A stretch of DNA of 64,000 nucleotides from Candidatus Latescibacterota bacterium (lineage in GTDB: Bacteria; Latescibacterota; UBA2968): assembly GCA_965222605.1 (NCBI GenBank), contig OZ244960.1, forward strand, positions 608,001-672,000, read 5' to 3'. Positions within the stretch are counted from its first letter, which is position 1. Each line of letters opens with the position of its first letter. The notes beneath the pieces were generated by a model that worked only from the letters and a program-made list of their open reading frames with translations, was not told where the DNA came from and made no database searches. Positions 57,260-64,000 of the stretch are shown here, piece by piece. The translations under genes and the position numbers were made by a program.

Positions 57260-58048
57260 TCAACGATTCAGACGCCTTTTCCACTCATCGCCATCAAATT
57301 GCGGGTGATACACTTCGCTGAAAAACCGACGGTGCTCTGGCGAGAGTGAACTGAGCATCTCGTCTGTAAATCCGGGTTTGTGATGGCGCACATTGATGTG
57401 ATTATAAGCAAAAAACAGAGCCATCCGCGGCTCGTCCTGTGTCCAAACACAAGACGTATGGCGCACCGCCTCAGAAAAAACCAACAGAGATCCCGGTGGA
57501 CAGCCATAAGTATCCCACACATCCGAATCGGAATCGTCTAACAAAGGCAGCTTTTTTCTGTAATTGGACTTGTGACTCCCCGGAATAAACGCCGTCCCCC
57601 CTTTCCCCTTCTCCACGCCATTTAATTCCCAAACCACCCTCGTCATCCCGGAGTAAATCCGCCCATCGTGATACTGATAGCTATAATTGGGATTCACGGA
57701 CTTACCGCCGGCATGCGGCGTCCATCCCCTGTGATTATCTCCCTTAAAACGATAAGACAAAAACGCGCCTTCCAGGCGGATCTTCTCAGTCTCATCGTCA
57801 ATAACCGTATGCAACACCCGCATAATCGCCGGATGATCGATTAATACCGATGCGGCCCCCCCCGGCAAACAACACGCTTCGGGCGGCAGAGAATCTCTAT
57901 CGGTACGCAATTTCTCACACTGCGCCTTAATCGGCGCTATCTCATCCTCGCTCAAAACAGCCGGAAAAAGAATATATCCCTTCAGGTCAAACAGCACGGT
58001 TTCTTTCTCCGTCAAAGTTGGCGTCCATTCTTTTGCCGAAATACCCAT
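57260..58048 (-). CDS. PhyH family enzyme with HxG motif
   Basis: FDLKGY, PHAGG, GGTAFIPGSHK, FSEAVRH..R. Confidence 0.82.
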   Translation of the reverse strand: MGISAKEWTPTLTEKETVLFDLKGYILFPAVLSEDEIAPIKAQCEKLRTDRDSLPPEACCLPGGAASVLIDHPAIMRVLHTVIDDETEKIRLEGAFLSYRFKGDNHRGWTPHAGGKSVNPNYSYQYHDGRIYSGMTRVVWELNGVEKGKGGTAFIPGSHKSNYRKKLPLLDDSDSDVWDTYGCPPGSLLVFSEAVRHTSCVWTQDEPRMALFFAYNHINVRHHKPGFTDEMLSSLSPEHRRFFSEVYHPQFDGDEWKRRLNR

Positions 58049-58064
58049 CTCAAAACCTCCTATT

Positions 58065-59372
58065 TTAATTCTTTTCCACCCACCACATGTCCCGATGCTT
58101 TTCGGCCAAAGCCTGAAGTTCCTGCGCCACCTCGGGATACTCATCAATCACATTGGTCGTCTCGTAGGGATCGTTTTCCATATCAAAAAGCGACAACTCG
58201 ATATACGCCGTATCGTATCGCCCTGGCTCTCCGCCGTTGCCCGCTTCCGCAAGCGTGCGGTAACCGTGTGGCAAATGCAACTTCCACTTGCCATTCCCAC
58301 TGACCACCCCATCGAAATTTCGCGCAGTTGACACCGGATAATACACATGGGAATTGGTCGCATCTGGCTGGCACGTCACAATATCCCAAACATCGACCCC
58401 ATCAATCGGATAATCCGGCGAATCTGCCCCCGCCAACTTAGCAAACGTCGGCAAAAAATCCACCGAACAAAATGCCTGATGCGATATCTCCCCCGCGGGA
58501 ATACCATTGGGATAGCGCATCACACACGCCGAGCGCGTACCCCCGTCAAAACCCGTCCCCTTCGCCTCGCGATAAGGCGTCTTCCCAGCGTGATTGCCAT
58601 AAGAAATCCACGGACCGTTATCCGACGTAAAAACCATGATCGTATCATCCGCCACGCCCGCTTTTTCGAGCGCGTTCATAATCTCACCCACCGACCAATC
58701 GATCTCCATCATCACATCGGCATACAAACCTTTACCCGATTTGCCGTCAAATTTATCGCTGCAAAACAGCGGCACATGCGGCATATTGTGGGGCACGTAC
58801 AGAAAAAACGGCTCATCGGCATGACGCGCGATAAAATCGACCGCGTGCTCTGTGTACCAGGTCGTCAGCATCTTCTGCTGCTCTGGTGACACATCGTCAA
58901 TAACGATCTCCCCATTTTTCCAGAACTGCAATTCCATAGTATCAAAATGCCTGCTCTGCGGATGGTATTTCCACATATCGTTGGAATACATCAAACCCGA
59001 CGACTCATCAAACCCCCGAGCGGGCGGGCGCGTATCCTCGTGATCGCCAATATGCCACTTGCCAAACACCCCTGTTGCATAACCCGCGGGCTTGAGCACC
59101 TCGGCAATTGTAGCAAAACTCGGATCCAGGCCCCGCGCCCGGGGCGGAATCGCGCCATAAACCTTATGCCTGCCTGGATAACATCCCGTCAACAATGACG
59201 CCCGCGACGCCGAACAAATCGCCTGAGGCACGTAAAACTGGTGATAACAACATCCGCCTGCTGCCAATTTTTCCACATTGGGCGTCGGATACGCCGTCTC
59301 TCCAAATGGCCGAAAATCTGCCCATCCGGAATCATCTAAAAAAATCACCACAAAATTTGGCCTTCGGTTCAA
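58065..59372 (-). CDS. Cys-type arylsulfatase
   Basis: PNFVVIFLDD, CSASRASLLTG, GKWH, SDNGP; TTG start after AAGGAGG. Confidence 0.92.
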   Translation of the reverse strand: MNRRPNFVVIFLDDSGWADFRPFGETAYPTPNVEKLAAGGCCYHQFYVPQAICSASRASLLTGCYPGRHKVYGAIPPRARGLDPSFATIAEVLKPAGYATGVFGKWHIGDHEDTRPPARGFDESSGLMYSNDMWKYHPQSRHFDTMELQFWKNGEIVIDDVSPEQQKMLTTWYTEHAVDFIARHADEPFFLYVPHNMPHVPLFCSDKFDGKSGKGLYADVMMEIDWSVGEIMNALEKAGVADDTIMVFTSDNGPWISYGNHAGKTPYREAKGTGFDGGTRSACVMRYPNGIPAGEISHQAFCSVDFLPTFAKLAGADSPDYPIDGVDVWDIVTCQPDATNSHVYYPVSTARNFDGVVSGNGKWKLHLPHGYRTLAEAGNGGEPGRYDTAYIELSLFDMENDPYETTNVIDEYPEVAQELQALAEKHRDMWWVEKN

Positions 59373-59509
59373 GATAGAATCCTCCTTAAATACAAACTCA
59401 GCTATCTGTTTTGCAGTATGCATTGTTCTTGACGACAACACCATACTGCCCGATTATTATTGGAATGCACAATCCGCTATATCAAACGCCAATCTCTATG
59501 GAGTTTTCA

Positions 59510-60412
59510 ATGGCAACCATCTCCAAAGAAGCCACCTCTCGCGTTACCGAAGGCGATGTGGCCTTTTACCGCGAAAATGGATACCTCGTAATCCCCGATG
59601 CACTCACCCCCGAAGAAGTCCAAATCCTGCGCGACGAAACCACAGCCCTGTGCCGCGGGGAGCGCGGCGACATAGGCAATTTGCCCGCCTCTTTGCCCGA
59701 CGATACCGACGACGATGTGATCAAACACATCTTGTGTATCCACCACGTTCACAGAACCTCGCCCATCATGTACGACGCGCTATCCCATCCCGTGATGGTC
59801 GATGGCCTCACAAGCCTCATCGGTCCCAATGTCAAATGCATGCAATCGATGCTCTTCATCAAAAGCGCGGGAAAACCCGGACAAGCATGGCACCAGGATG
59901 AAATCTACATCCCCACCCGCGACCAATCACTCACTGGCGGCTGGTTTGCCCTGGACGATGCCACCACTGAAAACGGCTGCTTGTGGGTCATTCCCGGCTC
60001 GCACAAGCGCGGAATCTTATGGCCCCAACACGTACAGCACGACAAGCGTTTTGACTGCGCCCATGAAACCTTCCGATTTCCCTACACAGATGACGACGCC
60101 ATCCCCGTCGAAGTCAAAACCGGTGCCCTCGTCTTCTTTCACGGCTATCTGCTCCATCGCTCGTTCCCCAACCGCGCCAAGTCCGGCTTCCGCCGCGTAC
60201 TCGTCAATCACTACATGAGCGCGGAATCCCTCCTCCCCTGGCGCAACCTGAAACCCGGCGAACGCATGGCAACGGCAGACATACGAGAAATCATCATGAT
60301 CGCCGGCGACGACCCTTATGCGTACAAAGGCACCGAAATAACGGGACAACCGCATGTGCGATCTGCCGGCGATGGCGGATGCGGCGACGGCAGACAAGAT
60401 GTGCGATCATAA
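59510..60412 (+). CDS. Phytanoyl-CoA dioxygenase family protein (HxD type)
   Basis: WHQD, ENGCLWVIPGSH, LLHRS. Confidence 0.92.
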   Translation: MATISKEATSRVTEGDVAFYRENGYLVIPDALTPEEVQILRDETTALCRGERGDIGNLPASLPDDTDDDVIKHILCIHHVHRTSPIMYDALSHPVMVDGLTSLIGPNVKCMQSMLFIKSAGKPGQAWHQDEIYIPTRDQSLTGGWFALDDATTENGCLWVIPGSHKRGILWPQHVQHDKRFDCAHETFRFPYTDDDAIPVEVKTGALVFFHGYLLHRSFPNRAKSGFRRVLVNHYMSAESLLPWRNLKPGERMATADIREIIMIAGDDPYAYKGTEITGQPHVRSAGDGGCGDGRQDVRS

Positions 60413-60417
60413 AAATC

Positions 60418-61833
60418 TTACTGATACTGATCGCCCGGTGCGGGCAAGTACGTTTTCGCAATTTCCGGATCGGTCTCTGTATCCTCAATCAACTGTCTGA
60501 GCGCGTCGTGCAACCGCCTTGCTTCTTCGGGATGGTCTGCAATCACATTTTTCTTTTGACCGGGATCTTCCGGCATATAAAACAACTCATCCACGCGGCG
60601 CTCTGGCATATTGCGACAATCGTATCGCTCAATGCGAATCGGTTTGGGACCTTTGTATTTCAGATCTTTATTGGGCCAATACACCAGTGTCCATGTGCCA
60701 TCAGTAATTGTCGCAGGCACAGTGCCCCAGCTATCATTCAAATTGCGCCCGCTAATTGCAAAATCCCGATGCATCACCGTCTTGCCCTGCAAAACATCGG
60801 CAAATGCTTTCCCCTGCACGCCATTGGGCACATCCAATCCCGCCAGATCGCAAAGCGTGGGAAACACATCTACCGGCTGCACCAGACTATCCACCTGTTT
60901 GCCCGCCATCATCCCATCCGGATGATACACCATAAACGGAATGTGAATCATGGGATCGTAAAGCTGCCCCCAATCTCCCCAGGGCTTGCCCTGTAATCCG
61001 TGGTCGCCAAAATAGTGCCCGTGATCTGCCATCAGCACAAAAATCGTATTCTCCTTTAGACCCAACACACCTATCGTATCCCACAACATACCCAACCACC
61101 GATCCGTCATCGTCACCTCAGCGGCATATAACGCGCGCACGTGGTTGAGTTCCTCATCCGTCATATAATTGCTAAATCCATAACACGGATAAATAAGCTC
61201 ATCGCCTTCATAACCCGGATCGTACATATCCACATAATACTGCGGCGGATCCCACGGCTCGTGCGGATCCCACGAATCAATCCACAGAAAAAACCCATCC
61301 TTCACATAATTCCGCTCCAGCCAGTGCATCGCCTCGGTAAACACGCGCGGACCCAAATAATCCGATTCAAACAAACGCCCGCGCTGGTTAGCCAGATAGC
61401 GCATCACCCCGGATTTTACTTTATCCTCACTGGCCGGCCATGCGATCTCCTCTAATTCATCGCTAATCCACGGCTCACCCCCCTGCCCGCGAATCCATGA
61501 AATAGAACCAAATCCGCGATCCAGAAAATTGCCCTGAGTCATAAACATCGGCGTATCAAAAATCAGCCCGGTTGTATATCCCGCGCGGCGAAAACGCTCG
61601 GCCATCGTGGGCAAATTACCTTCCATTTTATCCCATGTATTAAACGGATGCCCCCAACGTCCCGTAAACAAATCGCGCCGACACGGCAGGGTCGGAAACG
61701 ATCCTGAATACGCCTTTGAAAACACCAGCGACTCACGCGCGATGCGATCCATATTCGGCGTCCTTGCCCGGTCGCCATAAGCACCCACGTGGTCTGTCCG
61801 CAACGAATCCAGCATCACACAAATAATATTCAT
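60418..61833 (-). CDS. Sulfatase-like hydrolase with TxPxR motif
   Basis: LDSLRTD, FPTLPCRRDLFTG, DPHEPWDPP, ADHGH. Confidence 0.85.
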   Translation of the reverse strand: MNIICVMLDSLRTDHVGAYGDRARTPNMDRIARESLVFSKAYSGSFPTLPCRRDLFTGRWGHPFNTWDKMEGNLPTMAERFRRAGYTTGLIFDTPMFMTQGNFLDRGFGSISWIRGQGGEPWISDELEEIAWPASEDKVKSGVMRYLANQRGRLFESDYLGPRVFTEAMHWLERNYVKDGFFLWIDSWDPHEPWDPPQYYVDMYDPGYEGDELIYPCYGFSNYMTDEELNHVRALYAAEVTMTDRWLGMLWDTIGVLGLKENTIFVLMADHGHYFGDHGLQGKPWGDWGQLYDPMIHIPFMVYHPDGMMAGKQVDSLVQPVDVFPTLCDLAGLDVPNGVQGKAFADVLQGKTVMHRDFAISGRNLNDSWGTVPATITDGTWTLVYWPNKDLKYKGPKPIRIERYDCRNMPERRVDELFYMPEDPGQKKNVIADHPEEARRLHDALRQLIEDTETDPEIAKTYLPAPGDQYQ

Positions 61834-61843
61834 ACATTTCTCC

Positions 61844-62833
61844 TCATCCTGAAAGACGCCCAACTCCCCTCAACACAGTCTCCTGAACCAGCAACTCGTG
61901 TTCGTATGAGCGGTCCGGCGCGCGCGTACCTCGAATAGCCGCCAAAAACGCCTCCAATTCCAAATCGTACAAACCCTGCCGCGATTGCTGTGCCACATCG
62001 ACAAATTGCACACCCGCTTCAAACCCATCGCGCGCCTCGTCCAAACACAGGCGGATTTTCTCCGCAGGCTCCATCGGCTCCATAATCGCGCTACCCTTTG
62101 TGCCATATACCTCAAACCTGCGCGCATTGGGACGCGGCTCCAATGCCGCAATATCGACAATGGCAATCGCCCGCTCAAATTCAAAAATGCCCACCCCATT
62201 ATCCGTAAATCCCTCAACCTCGCGCATATCATCGCGCAAAAACGGCGTCACGCGCTCGGGCCTTCCCAACAGATGGACAATCTGATCGAGCTGATGCCCG
62301 CTCAAATCAAAAAACACTCCCCCCTGATGCACAGAGACAGTTTCTTTCTGCGCTTTCCCCAAAAACGTGGACATATGCGCCCGAACCGCAAACACATCGC
62401 CCAAAAAACCCGAATGCACCCACTCTGCGATCTTGCAATACCCATCGTGATACCGAAACATGTATCCCATCTGAATCAGCAAATCTTGCGCCTGTGCCTG
62501 TGCAATGATCTCCTGCCACTGATCCCAACTCTCACCAGCGGGCTTGTCATACCACGCATGCTTCCCCGCCCGAATGATAGCCTCTGTCTGATCTAAACTC
62601 TCGGCATTTGCACCCTCTGATGCAACAGCCACAATCTCATCATCGCCCAGCATTTCCGCTTCGGACTCAAACCAATAAACGCCTTCGTAACTGCCCGATT
62701 GCGCCATCTCATCGCGGCGTCTCACATCGGGTTCAAACACGCCAACCACCTCAACCTCTGCATTGGTTTGCATCGACCGCACTTTCCCGGCTGCGTGACC
62801 GTGTTTTGTACCGTATTGCGCCATTTTAACCAT
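61844..62833 (-). CDS. Gfo/Idh/MocA family oxidoreductase
   Basis: DKP, QMGYMFRY, GGVFFDLSGH. Confidence 0.85.
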   Translation of the reverse strand: MVKMAQYGTKHGHAAGKVRSMQTNAEVEVVGVFEPDVRRRDEMAQSGSYEGVYWFESEAEMLGDDEIVAVASEGANAESLDQTEAIIRAGKHAWYDKPAGESWDQWQEIIAQAQAQDLLIQMGYMFRYHDGYCKIAEWVHSGFLGDVFAVRAHMSTFLGKAQKETVSVHQGGVFFDLSGHQLDQIVHLLGRPERVTPFLRDDMREVEGFTDNGVGIFEFERAIAIVDIAALEPRPNARRFEVYGTKGSAIMEPMEPAEKIRLCLDEARDGFEAGVQFVDVAQQSRQGLYDLELEAFLAAIRGTRAPDRSYEHELLVQETVLRGVGRLSG

Positions 62834-62844
62834 TGCTCGCTCTC

Positions 62845-63681
62845 CTAAATGTCAACAAACCCTCGTTGTGCCCGTTCTTGTTCCGCCACATCCAGAATGC
62901 GTCGAATCAGCAAGCTCTCCAGACGCGGAATATTTGCCTTACCACTTTCAAAAAGGTCCATAATCGCCTCGGTAGAACGCGGAAAAATCACCACTCGATC
63001 CACCTCCATATACCGCGTTTCTTCTGTCGTTGTCACAACAGCAGCCTGCGGCGTCCTGTGTTTTTCATACAGATTGATCACCGCCGTTCGGTTGCCCGTA
63101 AAATCGATCAAAATCTGATTGTACTTCCCGGTCCCCCGGCGCATCAGCCGTTTAGCCCCCGTACCCATACAACTCACCACAATTTCTGTCGGGTGAATAC
63201 CATACTCATCAAAAGACCGCCCACTCTGCCAGACAACCAGATGTTTCACCTTGCGAGGACCGACTTCCCGCACAAAATCCTGCACATTGCTATACCGCAG
63301 TGCGGACGAAGTCTGTATTGGAACGCGGTACTTATCTGCAAGCGCGAATATCTGTTGCGCCGTATCGAGATCGGGCGCAAATGTCTTATCCACATAAGTA
63401 GCTTTGCCAAATGGAAAAACCACCTCACACATTGCCAGATGGCGCTCCGGATTCCTCGGCGCCAGAATGAGATAATAATCAACCGCATCGTTCAACGCCT
63501 GAACATCTCGAAAATAGGGCACCCCATTTTCCTCTGCCCATGCGAGACTCGATTTCTGGCGAATACCCGTACAACCCGTCACCACAAACCCCCGATGCTT
63601 CAATTCATTTCTGAACGCACTCAAATACACATTTGCGTGAAAATTATTTAGATCGAGATCGTAAAAACCGACGCGTTTCAA
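62845..63681 (-). CDS. Gfo/Idh/MocA-like oxidoreductase
   Basis: VDKTFA, SSALRY, YGIH; TTG start. Confidence 0.75.
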   Translation of the reverse strand: MKRVGFYDLDLNNFHANVYLSAFRNELKHRGFVVTGCTGIRQKSSLAWAEENGVPYFRDVQALNDAVDYYLILAPRNPERHLAMCEVVFPFGKATYVDKTFAPDLDTAQQIFALADKYRVPIQTSSALRYSNVQDFVREVGPRKVKHLVVWQSGRSFDEYGIHPTEIVVSCMGTGAKRLMRRGTGKYNQILIDFTGNRTAVINLYEKHRTPQAAVVTTTEETRYMEVDRVVIFPRSTEAIMDLFESGKANIPRLESLLIRRILDVAEQERAQRGFVDI

Positions 63682-63716
63682 GTAGCAAACTCCTTATCTA
63701 AATAGAGGTTAAAAGA

Positions 63717-63881
63717 TTATCTCAAACCCAGCCGTTCATACTGTTCCGGGGGCGCATCACATGCTTCCATCCCCGTGCGCTCTGCCAGCCGTTTAAAATT
63801 TGGCGTATGCGTCCACTCACACCCATAGGGCGACAACAGATGTCGATTTAAAGAATCAAACATCACCACAACTGCTTTCAT
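63717..63881 (-). pseudogene. Sulfatase with large internal deletion
   Basis: MKAVVVMFDSLNRH..TPNFKRLAERT joined directly to the C-terminal-like DAPPEQYERLGLR*. Confidence 0.75.
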
Positions 63882-63897
63882 ATCTCCTCCTGTTTGT

Positions 63898-64000
63898 TCA
63901 AATCCCCACTTCCAACCGATGGGTTGTATCCACAACCGGATCATCTCCTTCAATAAACCGCGCCATAGTATTGTGTGTCGCCGGTCGGGTTTTAAAATCC
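63898..64000 (-). CDS. 3' end of an unidentified gene entering from the right edge
   Basis: Open frame ..RFIEGDDPVVDTTHRLEVGI* ending just before the next SD. Confidence 0.45.
   Translation of the reverse strand, partial: DFKTRPATHNTMARFIEGDDPVVDTTHRLEVGI

Overview
Bacterial chromosomal window, mostly minus-strand catabolic and transport genes. The mix of TonB-dependent receptors, PorV-like barrels, GWxTD, DUF6785-type membrane proteins, several sulfatases and many PhyH-type dioxygenases suggests an FCB-group organism, Latescibacterota-like (inference). Layout: (1) 1-12.8 kb and 42.5-51.9 kb are two paralogous SusD-less uptake modules, each small OM barrel > TonB-dependent receptor > large secreted protein with T9SS-like C-terminal domain > PorV-like barrel > DUF6785-type transporter. 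Each is preceded by a similar opposite-strand unit (sigma70 promoter, two hairpins, U-tract) that looks like an unannotated small RNA. (2) 13.5-24.8, 38.9-42.5 and 52-64 kb hold oxidoreductases, sulfatases and Fe/2OG enzymes, three of which have HxG/HxA instead of HxD. (3) 25.0-38.7 kb is a plus-strand defence island: type I R-M with an HTH-fused HsdM, a duplicated hsdM 3' end, a twin-TRD HsdS, embedded OLD-type and Schlafen/AlbA genes, an 11-bp tandem repeat and an IS982. No rRNA, tRNA or CRISPR array was seen. All assignments come from motif recognition by eye; no searches were run.
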